Positions 7,918 to 17,576 are shown, counted from the first letter of the stretch. The stretch: DNA of 31,463 nt from Shewanellaceae bacterium (GCA_016779685.1 JADHND010000001.1:1-31463), one strand, 5' to 3'. Numbers and translations are program-made. Notes: a model not told the origin generated them from the letters alone.

Positions 7918-9930
7918 ATGTCATCTCAGGTTTTAGCCAGAAAATGGCGCCCCAATACCTTTAGCGAGGTGGTTGGGCAACAGCATGTGTTGTCGGCCTT
8001 AACGCATGCGCTAGAGCATGGTCGTTTGCACCATGCTTATTTATTTAGTGGTACCCGTGGGATAGGCAAAACGAGTTTAGCGCGTTTATTCGCCAAGAGT
8101 TTAAATTGTGAACAAGGCGTCACCCCAAGCCCTTGTGGAACGTGTGGTAACTGTACCCAGATTCAGCAAAATCGCTTGGTCGATTTAATAGAAATTGATG
8201 CTGCTTCACGGACGAAGGTCGATGATACCCGTGAAATTTTAGACAATGTTCCTTATTTGCCCACTCAAGGTCGGTACAAGATTTATTTGATCGATGAAGT
8301 ACATATGTTGTCACGTTCAAGTTTCAACGCACTGCTGAAAACATTGGAAGAACCACCAGCGCATGTGGTGTTTTTATTGGCGACTACAGAGCCACATAAA
8401 TTACCCATGACCGTGTTATCGCGGTGTTTACAATTCCATTTAAAATGTTTGGATACAGATCAAATCCAGACCCAGCTACAACATATTTTAACGCATGAAA
8501 CCATTGTCTATGAAGCAGAAGCGTTGGCGAATCTAAGTCGCGCCGCTCAGGGCAGCATGCGCGATGCCTTGAGCTTAACGGATCAAGCTATTGCTTGTGG
8601 TGGTGGGCAAGTACGACTCGCGGCGGTGCACAATATGTTGGGCAGTGTTGATATGGCTTACGTTACCCGCTTAATGCAGGCGTTGGTTAGTGGATCATGC
8701 ACTGCTTTGTTTGAAGAGATACACGCTTTATTGGCCATGGGCGTTGAAGCGGATGCCTTGGTTGATGGTTTGCTAGAAAAGTTACATGCTCTGTATTTGT
8801 TACAAGCTGTGCCAGCCAGTCAATCGGTATTTGAAGATGATTTGTTGCCTGTTTGGGCTGCAACACTGTCCAGTCAGCAAGTCCAAGTTTGGTATGAGCA
8901 TGTTTTAAAACAACGTGCTATGTTGACTTATGCGCCTGATGCCAAAATTGGTTTAGATATGTTGTTGTTACCTTTGTTGGCGACTGAGCCAGTGAGCACA
9001 GTAGCACCCGTCGTCAGTACAGAAGAATCGAATTTATTGGCTGAAGTTTCTGCTATTGAAGAACAAGCACAGCCCCAGGTTAGCCGGATACCTTCAGCGC
9101 CTCCATCGGTTGTATCGGCGCCGCCTCATCGGGTTGATCCAACACCATCCGAGCCAACTGCGCCAGTGATTGCGCCCACCAACACCAACACCAATGTTGA
9201 GGTCGAGTCACCTAACACTGAAGCGGCGAGTTTGTTGGAGCAGGTGATTGCGATGAAAAAAATGTTGCGGACACAAATTCAAACGTCGTCTTTGGAGCAA
9301 CCTCAGACGGCCACGGCTGCGTCAAGTCAATCGATAAAGGAAGTGAGCGTACCGCCTGCTGAGATGCGCGTAGCGGATCCGCCACCGGCATCATTCGCTA
9401 GCATCGATGCGCCACCTTGGACAGAGACGCCACCAGCGGCTGTTGTCGATGAGATAGTCCAACCATCCGTTGCGCCATCTCCCACATCAACAGATGGTGA
9501 ATCCCTCGTGATGCCTGCGTTTCATGCTCAAGATTTGTTTTGGTATGAACAGGTCGTGGCGCTGGCATTAGGTGGTCGTGTGCAGCAGTTGTTGTTGAAT
9601 GCTACCTTAGAGCAGACCGAGAGCACTTGGCGCTTGCATGTGCAGCCTGAGCAGCAACATCTGTTGCAGCCAAATATTGAAGCCAGTGTGCGCGCGGCGT
9701 TGCCAGATGTTAAACTGGTGTTTGAGATTCAATCTATGCCGGGACGGCAAACCCCTTTGGCGATGCGTGCCCAGTTGCATCAGCACTGTCAAGCGCTCGC
9801 AACACAACAATTAACAGCGGCTCCCATGATCCAACAATGGATCCAGCGGTTCGATGCGTATTGGAAGCCAGATTCAATTCAGTATCCTAAAAGTTGGATT
9901 GATTCCCCAACTCAAATGCGTAAAATATAA
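7918..9930 (+). CDS. dnaX: DNA polymerase III subunit gamma/tau
   Basis: QVLARKWRP, Walker A GTRGIGKT, zinc motif, [10 protein letters not shown] and GSMRDALS; Pro/Ser/Ala-rich linker; C-terminal domain. Start at ATG 7918 ([12 protein letters not shown]). Confidence 0.96.
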   Translation: MSSQVLARKWRPNTFSEVVGQQHVLSALTHALEHGRLHHAYLFSGTRGIGKTSLARLFAKSLNCEQGVTPSPCGTCGNCTQIQQNRLVDLIEIDAASRTKVDDTREILDNVPYLPTQGRYKIYLIDEVHMLSRSSFNALLKTLEEPPAHVVFLLATTEPHKLPMTVLSRCLQFHLKCLDTDQIQTQLQHILTHETIVYEAEALANLSRAAQGSMRDALSLTDQAIACGGGQVRLAAVHNMLGSVDMAYVTRLMQALVSGSCTALFEEIHALLAMGVEADALVDGLLEKLHALYLLQAVPASQSVFEDDLLPVWAATLSSQQVQVWYEHVLKQRAMLTYAPDAKIGLDMLLLPLLATEPVSTVAPVVSTEESNLLAEVSAIEEQAQPQVSRIPSAPPSVVSAPPHRVDPTPSEPTAPVIAPTNTNTNVEVESPNTEAASLLEQVIAMKKMLRTQIQTSSLEQPQTATAASSQSIKEVSVPPAEMRVADPPPASFASIDAPPWTETPPAAVVDEIVQPSVAPSPTSTDGESLVMPAFHAQDLFWYEQVVALALGGRVQQLLLNATLEQTESTWRLHVQPEQQHLLQPNIEASVRAALPDVKLVFEIQSMPGRQTPLAMRAQLHQHCQALATQQLTAAPMIQQWIQRFDAYWKPDSIQYPKSWIDSPTQMRKI

Positions 9931-9961
9931 AAATTTTCAACAACCAAGAGAGAGAAAACCT

Positions 9962-10294
9962 ATGTTTGGAAAAGGTGGTATGGGTAACCTTATGAAGCAG
10001 GCTCAGCAGATGCAAGAGCAGATGGCTAAGGTTCAGGAAGAAATTGCGAACATGGAAGTCGTTGGCGTGTCAGGTGCAGGGTTGGTTAAAGTGACGATGT
10101 CAGGTAATCACAGTGTGCGACGTATCGATATTGACAGCAGTCTTATCAGCGATGAAGACAAAGAAATGCTAGAAGATTTAATTGCAGCAGCTGTGAACGA
10201 TGCGAACGCTCGTGTTGAAACAGCACAAAAAGAAAAAATGGCAGATATTGGCGGCGGTATGTCGTTACCGCCAGGTTTTAAGATGCCGTTTTAA
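9962..10294 (+). CDS. ybaB: YbaB/EbfC nucleoid-associated protein
   Basis: [19 protein letters not shown]...[14 protein letters not shown]...LPPGFKMPF; sits between dnaX and recR. True start is ATG 9962. Confidence 0.95.
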   Translation: MFGKGGMGNLMKQAQQMQEQMAKVQEEIANMEVVGVSGAGLVKVTMSGNHSVRRIDIDSSLISDEDKEMLEDLIAAAVNDANARVETAQKEKMADIGGGMSLPPGFKMPF

Positions 10295-10896
10295 TGCAAT
10301 TTAGTCGATTGTTAGATGAGCTGATTCGTGGCTTGCAGATTTTACCGGGTATTGGACCTAAATCAGCGCAGCGTTTAGCTTTTCATCTTTTAAAACAAGA
10401 GCGCTCTCAGGGCGCTCATTTAGCTGAGATCATGCAGGCTGCGTTAGAGCGGGTAGGACATTGCGATGCGTGCCGTACATTTACTGAAGATTCCGTTTGT
10501 TCCTTGTGTTTAAATGAACAACGGACGAACGCGCGTCAATTGTGCGTGGTTGAATCACCTGCGGACATTCTCGCGCTGGAATCTTCAGGTCACTTTTCGG
10601 GGCATTATTTTGTATTGCATGGCTTATTGTCGCCTTTAGATGGCATTGGTCCAGACGATATAGCATTGCCGAAGTTACAACAACGCTTAGCACATGGTGT
10701 GTATGACGAGCTCATCTTAGCCACCAATCCCACGGTCGAAGGGGATGTCACTGCCCATTTTATTTTGGACATAGCCAAGCGCTATGACATTGCCGTGACC
10801 CGCATTGCCCACGGTGTACCTGTTGGGGGCGAGCTGGAATACATGGATGGCACGACCTTAGGGCTGTCTTTTTCGGGACGTCGTTCCTTGTCATAA
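10294..10896 (+). CDS. recR: Recombination mediator RecR
   Basis: LPGIGPKSAQRLAFHLL, C4 zinc finger, TOPRIM ILATNPTVEG and RIAHGVPVGGELEY; TAATG overlap with ybaB. Confidence 0.96.
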   Translation: MQFSRLLDELIRGLQILPGIGPKSAQRLAFHLLKQERSQGAHLAEIMQAALERVGHCDACRTFTEDSVCSLCLNEQRTNARQLCVVESPADILALESSGHFSGHYFVLHGLLSPLDGIGPDDIALPKLQQRLAHGVYDELILATNPTVEGDVTAHFILDIAKRYDIAVTRIAHGVPVGGELEYMDGTTLGLSFSGRRSLS

Positions 10897-10974
10897 GACG
10901 ATCCATAGAAATAATCGATACGATATATCGATAAAAATCGTCATTTGTATGGTTTTTTATGATGGTATTTTACT

Positions 10975-12000
10975 TAAAAACCGATGTCAAAGTCGGTTCT
11001 GACTAACAACCGGCTTCAATTGTGGTCGGTTTGTTTATCTCACCTCATCTTTCTTAATCAACGATGTTTCTTATCGTCATCAACGATGAACTTGTCAGGT
11101 CGCCATGTGATGTTGAGCTCAGATATTGAGCGGAGACACGTACTTGAGTGAACGACAAGGCATCCACATTTTCGCTTTTAAACTTCACTTACCGTAGCGT
11201 TCGTTTGGTTGCGGTCGTTACAAACACTTTCAACACGATAGCTTTCGCTCGTTGAGCCTTAGCTTGGTGTTGTTCGGAATGGAATGGCAACCTGGGTTTG
11301 ATGGGAGATGAGCATATGGCATGCTGCGGATGGATCATCCTATTTGGGCGTTTTAGAACCTCCGAAGATCCTCTGATTTGAACTTGTTTCACATGGAACA
11401 CCTTTGTATTCAGCGATAACCGATTGGCTATCGTGTTGAAGATGGTGGTTATGGCTGTCGTTCTCATTTAAATAGGTTGTTGCGATCCAAGTTACGTGAG
11501 AAACACACTGAGGGGCAGGGATCGACGCGGGCTATGGTGTAATCTATGGCACCGAGGCGGCGAAGTGCCCAATATAGGGCTTATTGAGGAGATAAGCTTG
11601 GTTGAATGCGGTTCGTAGGTAAGATGTGGTTGACCCGTCTCATGGCTGGATCAACCTATTTTTGATCATAGGTTGCTGCGGCGGGTTGGTGGCTGTTGAG
11701 CTGGCTCATAACAGCGTTTTTGGTCTGTAGATAACCGTGTTGAGCTATAACAACAGCGTTGGGTTGTTGTTTGGTTATCATAAGATAGCCAATCTGTAGC
11801 TGTTTGTCTCTATATAACCTACTTGACGCTTTGTTAGCCCAAAAACTGGCTTCATGCTGTCTTTGCAGAGTTTAGGTGGATGGTGGTTAGGAAGCCAATT
11901 GGCTTTAATAACTCAAATATAGCCAGGATATAGCCTAATGACGATGTTAATAGCCTGTTTAAGCTGAGATAAGGTGGTTTAAGACGGACACATGGATGTT
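10975..12000 (+). ncRNA. Candidate large (about 1 kb) structured non-coding RNA, unassigned class
   Basis: No credible ORF in 1.18 kb. Nested long-range helices found by eye: 11034-11042/11965-11973, 11072-11080/11938-11946, 11089-11103/11482-11493 and 11229-11242/11427-11440 (14 bp perfect). Many local hairpins; stem imperfections are G-U on the + strand. Boundaries are approximate. Confidence 0.6.
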
Positions 12001-12080
12001 ATTTTGTTAAAAATAATGAAAAAACTTGATTTTTATTTTAAAAATATGACTTAATAGTAATAAATACCAAGGGATATTGT

Positions 12081-13115
12081 GTGCGGTTGCTTTTAGCAGA
12101 ACATTTAAATTTTTTTAATTATACGTTGGCAAGGCCTACAGAGTTGCCCAGCACCCTGTATTTGACGCATGGAGAAGTGTTATTGCATGCCGCAGGCGTG
12201 TTGGAATATATCCCCGACCAGCCTTACCATCATTGTATTCTCATTTCTTGCGGCATTCATGGCAATGAAATGGCTCCCATCGAATGGTGTTGTCAGTTGA
12301 TTGAAGATGTGCTTGCGGAAAACGTGTTGCTTCAGCAACGGGTTCAGTTTCAGCTGGGTAATCTAGATGCGATTGCAGTGCAGCAGCGGTTTGTGGAAAC
12401 CAACATGAATCGGTTGTTTGATCCCAAAAGTTGTCTAGCGCCTTTGGCCACAGATACGTCAGAAATAAGGCGTTCGAAACAATTGCGGCAATATACGATT
12501 AAGTTTTTTGACCAAGCGACAACGCTTGGCTGTAGTCAATATCACTTTGATTTACATACCGCTATTAGAGCATCCAAGCAACCTTTGTTTGCTGTTTTAC
12601 CTTGGCTAGGTGAACAGCGCTACGCGCCGATTCTGTTTGATTTTTTAAAGCAAAGTGAGATTCAAGCCGTTTTGCTGTCGGCTCAACCAACCAGCACCTA
12701 TAGTTATTTTTCATCCACATTGGGTGTGATATCCGCCACGCTGGAACTTGGACAAGTGCAGCCATTTGGCACCCATGACTTGACCCTTATTCAAGCCTTT
12801 ACTCGAACATTGACACGATGGTTAACTTCGGCTCCCTTACTAGAAGACATGAATGCATGGCAGCAACTGACCTTGTTTCAGGTGTCGCGAGAAATCAAAA
12901 AAACCAGCAGTACTTTTAAATTTAAGTTTCCGGATGACATCGCTAACTTCTCCTGCTTTGAACGAGGGGCTTGTTTGGCAGAGGATGCTTCTGGAAAAGT
13001 GGTGGTAGAACATGATCAGGAGTGGATCGTGTTTCCTAATGCAGGCGTGCCCATTGGCGAAAGAGCCATGCTTACCTTGGTTCGCGCGCATACCGATCAA
13101 CTCATAAGCACATGA
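12081..13115 (+). CDS. astE: Succinylglutamate desuccinylase
   Basis: ISCGIHGNE, RFVETNMNRLF, FDLHTAIR, TLELGQVQPFG and VFPNAGVPIGERA motifs (M14-like zinc hydrolase); GTG start. Confidence 0.9.
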   Translation: MRLLLAEHLNFFNYTLARPTELPSTLYLTHGEVLLHAAGVLEYIPDQPYHHCILISCGIHGNEMAPIEWCCQLIEDVLAENVLLQQRVQFQLGNLDAIAVQQRFVETNMNRLFDPKSCLAPLATDTSEIRRSKQLRQYTIKFFDQATTLGCSQYHFDLHTAIRASKQPLFAVLPWLGEQRYAPILFDFLKQSEIQAVLLSAQPTSTYSYFSSTLGVISATLELGQVQPFGTHDLTLIQAFTRTLTRWLTSAPLLEDMNAWQQLTLFQVSREIKKTSSTFKFKFPDDIANFSCFERGACLAEDASGKVVVEHDQEWIVFPNAGVPIGERAMLTLVRAHTDQLIST

Positions 13116-13128
13116 CACGGAGGTCAAG

Positions 13129-14325
13129 ATGAATGAACCGTTGCCTACGTCGTTGACTTGGAACAACAGTACCTTGTCGTTAACGCATCAGCTTGCGTTT
13201 GTGGCTGGCGATGCATTGTCCATACCAACGTTACAAATTTTAAAACCAGATGGGCGTCTGCATGCCGCAGCTGATATGCCTGAACTGAATGCAGAAACCG
13301 CCTTGCGCATGTTTGATACTTGCGTGTTTACCCAAGTTTTCGATGAACGAATGCTGTCTTGTCAGCGACAGGGACGCATCAGTTTTTATATGACGTGTGT
13401 GGGTGAAGAAGGCGCTGTCGTTGGTAGTGCAGCGGGTCTACATGATCAGGATATGATTTTGGGTCAATATCGTGAACATGCAGCGCTACGTTATCGGGGG
13501 TTCACCACTGAACAATTCATGAACCAGTTGTTTAGCAATGAAAAAGATTTAGGGAAAGGCCGACAAATGCCTGTTCACTACGGTTCAAAAGCTTTGCATT
13601 ATCAAACCATTTCATCGCCGTTAGCGACTCAAATTCCGCAAGCCGTTGGGGTTGCTTTTGGTCAAAAAATAAAACAAAGCGATCAAGTGACTTTGTGTTA
13701 TTTTGGTGAAGGTGCAGCTTCCGAAGGGGATTGTCATGCAGCCATGAACATGGCGAGTGTATTAAAAACACCCGTTATTTTTTTCTGTCGTAACAATGCG
13801 TATGCTATTTCAACGCCTGCTACAGAACAATATGCCAGTGATGGCATTGCTGTACGCGCTGTAGGTTACGGTATGCCTTCGATTCGAGTTGATGGTAATG
13901 ACATATTAGCGGTGCTGTTAGCCGTGCAACAAGCCCGTGCATTGGCTTTACGTACGCAAACACCGGTTTTAATTGAAGCCATGACCTATCGAGTCGGGGC
14001 GCATTCAAGTTCTGATGATCCATCCGGCTATCGATTAGCAGAAGAAGCTGAAGCTTGGCAAGCGCTGTCCGCAATCACGCGTTTTAAAACTTGGTTAATC
14101 GAGAAGGAATGGATCACACAGGCACAGTGTGATGCTTTATATGAAGCTTACAAAGTCGAGGTATTAGCGCAAGTGAAACAAGCTGAACAGGTTGCCAAAC
14201 CCGTATTAAGAACCATGATTGAAGATGTCTATGCCAAACCGACAAGTCAATTGGAACAGCAATACAAGCAATTAAAGCAACATCTGTCCGCATCAGGTTT
14301 AACTATGCAGCAAGAGGAGAAATAA
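13129..14325 (+). CDS. bkdA1: Branched-chain alpha-keto acid dehydrogenase E1 alpha
   Basis: [36 protein letters not shown] motif [10 protein letters not shown]...CRNN and [15 protein letters not shown]. Confidence 0.92.
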   Translation: MNEPLPTSLTWNNSTLSLTHQLAFVAGDALSIPTLQILKPDGRLHAAADMPELNAETALRMFDTCVFTQVFDERMLSCQRQGRISFYMTCVGEEGAVVGSAAGLHDQDMILGQYREHAALRYRGFTTEQFMNQLFSNEKDLGKGRQMPVHYGSKALHYQTISSPLATQIPQAVGVAFGQKIKQSDQVTLCYFGEGAASEGDCHAAMNMASVLKTPVIFFCRNNAYAISTPATEQYASDGIAVRAVGYGMPSIRVDGNDILAVLLAVQQARALALRTQTPVLIEAMTYRVGAHSSSDDPSGYRLAEEAEAWQALSAITRFKTWLIEKEWITQAQCDALYEAYKVEVLAQVKQAEQVAKPVLRTMIEDVYAKPTSQLEQQYKQLKQHLSASGLTMQQEEK

Positions 14326-14329
14326 AATT

Positions 14330-15307
14330 ATGCCTCAGATGAATTTGTTGCAAGCAGTGAATCATGCTTTAGATTGTGCGATGGCTGTGGATGATGATGT
14401 CCTTGTGTTTGGTGAAGACGTCGGGCATTTTGGGGGCGTCTTTCGAGCGACCTCGCAATTGCAAGTCAAATATGGGCGTCACCGCTGTTTTAATACACCG
14501 TTAACGGAACAAGGTATTGTCGGTTTCGCCAATGGTTTAGCTGCGTTTGGCATGAAGCCGATAGCTGAAATTCAATTTGCAGATTATATTTTTCCTGCTT
14601 TTGATCAGTTGGTGAATGAAACGGCGAAATTTCGTTATCGCAGCGGTAATCAGTTTAATGTGGGTGGCTTAACAGTGCGAACCCCTTACGGCGGTGGCAT
14701 TGCTGGTGGTTTGTATCATTCTCAATCACCCGAAGCTTATTTTACGCATACACCAGGGCTTAAAGTGGTGGTGCCGAGCAATCCATATCAAGCCAAGGGG
14801 TTATTGCTTGCTGCGATTAGGGAGCCTGATCCAGTGATTTTTTTTGAACCCAAACGTTTGTATCGTGCCAGCACAGGGGAGGTGCCGTCTGCGGATTATA
14901 CTTTGGCACTTGAACAAGCACATGTTATCCGTGAAGGGCATGACCTAACGCTGTTGGCATGGGGTGCCCAAGTGGAGATCATTGAGCAAGCTGCGGTGAC
15001 GGCGGCTGCGCAAGGGATTGCGTGTGAGGTCATTGACTTATGCACGTTGTTGCCATGGGATGTGGAGACGGTGGTTCGCTCTGTTCAAAAAACGGGACGC
15101 TTGGTGATTAACCACGAAGCACCGTTAACGGGTGGGTTTGCAGGCGAAATTGCAGCCACCATCCAAGAACAATGTTTTTTATCGTTAGAGGCCCCAATAC
15201 AAAGGGTATGTGGCTTAGATACACCTTTTCCTCTGTGTCATGAAAAAGCATATATGCCAGATGCAGAGAAAACATGGGCAGCCATATTACACTGCATGAA
15301 CTATTAA
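14330..15307 (+). CDS. bkdA2: Branched-chain alpha-keto acid dehydrogenase E1 beta
   Basis: [41 protein letters not shown] and FFEPKRLY. Confidence 0.93.
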   Translation: MPQMNLLQAVNHALDCAMAVDDDVLVFGEDVGHFGGVFRATSQLQVKYGRHRCFNTPLTEQGIVGFANGLAAFGMKPIAEIQFADYIFPAFDQLVNETAKFRYRSGNQFNVGGLTVRTPYGGGIAGGLYHSQSPEAYFTHTPGLKVVVPSNPYQAKGLLLAAIREPDPVIFFEPKRLYRASTGEVPSADYTLALEQAHVIREGHDLTLLAWGAQVEIIEQAAVTAAAQGIACEVIDLCTLLPWDVETVVRSVQKTGRLVINHEAPLTGGFAGEIAATIQEQCFLSLEAPIQRVCGLDTPFPLCHEKAYMPDAEKTWAAILHCMNY

Positions 15308-15339
15308 GAGATTTTTAAATAAGGATATAAGGAGTCGGT

Positions 15340-16608
15340 ATGCAGCAGACTTTTATTTTACCCGATATTGGTGAAGGGGTCGTTGAATGTGAAATTATCC
15401 AATGGCAGGTTGGTGTTGGGGATACGGTTGAAGAAGATCAGGTCGTGGTTGAAGTGATGACCGATAAAGCGGTGGTTGAAATCCCATCACCTTATGCGGG
15501 TACGGTTCATCGTTTGTATTATGAGCAGGGAGAGATTGCTAAAGTACATGCGCCCTTGTTTGAAATTGAAACCATGGTGATTGGTGAGGAGGCTACCGTC
15601 GCACTTGACACCATCGATGATGCCTCGCTTGAGATGTCCTTGGAGTTGCCTAACTCACCGGATGCAGCTTCGCTTACCGATGAAATTATGTCGCAGCATG
15701 TGATAGATATGCCTTTAAGCGACGAAGTATCATTACAAACCGCGGTTGGTTCAGATCTGCCTAAAGCATTGGCGAGCCCAGCAGTGCGTCGGTTGGCGAA
15801 AAGCAACAACATTGATATTCAACAAGTTCAAGGCAGTGGTAAAAATGGACGCGTCTTGAGAGAAGATATTGAACGGTATCCAATCTCATCACCAATTTCT
15901 ATTGGCCATGGTGCCCATAGATCAGAACCACTGACGACTGTCCAGCGCGCAATGGCGAAGTCGATGCTGCATGCGGTGCAAACGATTCCTCATTTTACAT
16001 ATGGAGAAGAAGTTGATGTGACGCGCTTATGTGGTTTGCGACAACAAATTGAAGCAGTGCAAGAGACTAAAATAAGCTTAATGGCGTTTTTTATTAAGTC
16101 TCTCAGTTTGGCCTTATTGGAATATCCCATTTTGAATGCGCGGCTGAATGCAGAAGCCACTGAGTTGACGTATCTATCACACCACCACATTGGCTTCGCT
16201 GTGAACAGTAGCATCGGCTTGTTGGTGCCCAATATCAAGCATTGTGAACACAAAAGTATATTTGAAATCAATGATGAATTGCAGCGTTTAATTGCGTTGG
16301 CACGAGCGGGGCGAGTCAAGCAAGAGGATCTGCAAGATGGTACGATCACTGTCTCAAACATTGGCGCCATAGGCGGTAATATCGCGACACCTATTATTCA
16401 TCAAAATCAGTTGGCTATTGTTGCATTAGGCCGCATCCAGACGTTACCTCGATTTGATGCCGATCACCAGATACAGGCGCGCTCTATATTACAAATCAAT
16501 TGGTCGGCTGATCACCGAATTTTGGATGGAGGGACTTTAGCAACTTTTTGTCGAGCTTGGCAGGATATGCTGGAAAATCCCGAGACCATGCTGCTCAAAA
16601 CGCGCTAA
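15340..16608 (+). CDS. bkdB: BCKDH E2 dihydrolipoamide acyltransferase
   Basis: Single lipoyl domain (LPDIGEG...EVMTDKA), E3-binding domain (ASPAVRRLA...GSGKNGRVLREDI) and catalytic ADHRILDG. Confidence 0.92.
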   Translation: MQQTFILPDIGEGVVECEIIQWQVGVGDTVEEDQVVVEVMTDKAVVEIPSPYAGTVHRLYYEQGEIAKVHAPLFEIETMVIGEEATVALDTIDDASLEMSLELPNSPDAASLTDEIMSQHVIDMPLSDEVSLQTAVGSDLPKALASPAVRRLAKSNNIDIQQVQGSGKNGRVLREDIERYPISSPISIGHGAHRSEPLTTVQRAMAKSMLHAVQTIPHFTYGEEVDVTRLCGLRQQIEAVQETKISLMAFFIKSLSLALLEYPILNARLNAEATELTYLSHHHIGFAVNSSIGLLVPNIKHCEHKSIFEINDELQRLIALARAGRVKQEDLQDGTITVSNIGAIGGNIATPIIHQNQLAIVALGRIQTLPRFDADHQIQARSILQINWSADHRILDGGTLATFCRAWQDMLENPETMLLKTR

Positions 16609-16610
16609 AT

Positions 16611-16648
16611 CATCAAAGTCACCAGCGATGACTATCGCTGGTGTGATG
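16611..16648. terminator. Strong hairpin between convergent bkdB and cdd
   Basis: CACCAGCGAT-GACT-ATCGCTGGTG (16620-16643, perfect 10 bp), extended by CATCA/TGATG; no U tract on either strand. Confidence 0.5.
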
Positions 16649-16650
16649 GG

Positions 16651-17553
16651 CTAGGCTGAAGGAGTGGCGACATAGTGCTCAAGATTAGCGTTGCACATCG
16701 CTTGGAGTGCATTTTCACTTGCATTGCGCAGTGAAATTTTGCCATGACTCGATTCAACTAAGATAACCCGTTCAATGGAATCAAAATTGATTTTCGCTCT
16801 AGCCAGCGCTGAAAAGGCACACTGCATCGGCAGCAGTGATGGATTAAAAGCAGCGTTTTCAGCGTAGCGCCCATGAAAAATTTGACCACTTTGGGTTAAA
16901 AGTGTGACAGCTGCGTGGGTACCTGAGTAAGGTGCATAGCTTAGGTTGGCTTCTGTTACCGTCGCTTGAACCAAAGGATCGTCACTGCTTAGCTGTAATT
17001 GTTGTGATTGATTGGCAAAGATAGATTGCTCAGATGTTAATGCTTTAAAATCCTTGGAATCAAAAGGATCATTCATCAAATCGCCAATGGTATAAGATGG
17101 CCTATTAGGCACATGGATCTGTGCGCTCGGTGGCAGCCCTAATTCGGTAATAAATTGACGACAATGCCCGCATGGAACTGCGGAGATAGCCAGACTTTGA
17201 ATGCCTTTCGCACCCGCTTGCCAAGCATGGCTAATCGCTGTTTGTTCCGCATGCACTGCATGAAATAAAGCTTCATTTTTAATTTCTAAATTAGCGCCCA
17301 TATAGAAGTTGCCATCAATATCCATGACGATGGCACCTACATAAAATTGACTCACTGGCGCAATAGAGATGGTTTCTGCAATGGGCAACAAGGCTAAAGC
17401 CAGTTCCTTGGCGTTCAATTTGAGCTGGGCTTGGAGCATAAGTCTGGTTTGGTTTGAAATGCTACCTGTAAAATGATGAGTCATTAAAGTTTGTAATATG
17501 TCTTTAAAGCGAGGTTCTACATTATGTAACCAGTTTTTGGCTTGTATATTCAT
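16651..17553 (-). CDS. cdd: Cytidine deaminase (homodimeric type)
   Basis: PVSQFYVGA, GANLE, HAEQ, PCGHCRQF, SYAPYS and ENAAFNPSL. Start at ATG 17553 or 17559. Confidence 0.94.
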   Translation of the reverse strand: MNIQAKNWLHNVEPRFKDILQTLMTHHFTGSISNQTRLMLQAQLKLNAKELALALLPIAETISIAPVSQFYVGAIVMDIDGNFYMGANLEIKNEALFHAVHAEQTAISHAWQAGAKGIQSLAISAVPCGHCRQFITELGLPPSAQIHVPNRPSYTIGDLMNDPFDSKDFKALTSEQSIFANQSQQLQLSSDDPLVQATVTEANLSYAPYSGTHAAVTLLTQSGQIFHGRYAENAAFNPSLLPMQCAFSALARAKINFDSIERVILVESSHGKISLRNASENALQAMCNANLEHYVATPSA

Positions 17554-17576
17554 GCCCATGCTCCTTATTTGACGTA

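Noticed and set aside
11229-11440. MITE with 14-bp terminal inverted repeats
   Set aside because: No flanking target-site duplication, no second copy in the window, and further helices nest outside it, which fits an RNA fold better. A genome-wide copy search would settle it.
11189-11467. 92 aa minus-strand ORF in the recR-astE gap
   Set aside because: No RBS and no recognisable motif; it lies antisense to the region whose G-U pairs favour a + strand RNA. Not fully excluded without proteomics.
11527-11600. tRNA-like start (GCGGGCTATGGTGTAAT...GCACC)
   Set aside because: A D-arm-like hairpin only; no anticodon stem, T-loop (TTCRA) at the right spacing, or acceptor pairing.
10975-12000. CsrB/RsmY-type sponge
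   Set aside because: About 15 GGA trinucleotides in ~1 kb is roughly chance level and few lie in hairpin loops (only 11588 and 11994 look apt).
10975-12000. ORF-less group II intron, retron ncRNA, tmRNA or RNase P RNA
   Set aside because: No GUGYG 5' end or domain V with catalytic triad and GNRA loop, no RT gene nearby, no tmRNA tag or tRNA-like ends, and no RNase P GAGGAAAGUCC motif.
10897-12080. CRISPR array
   Set aside because: No regularly spaced 23-47 bp direct repeats and no cas genes.
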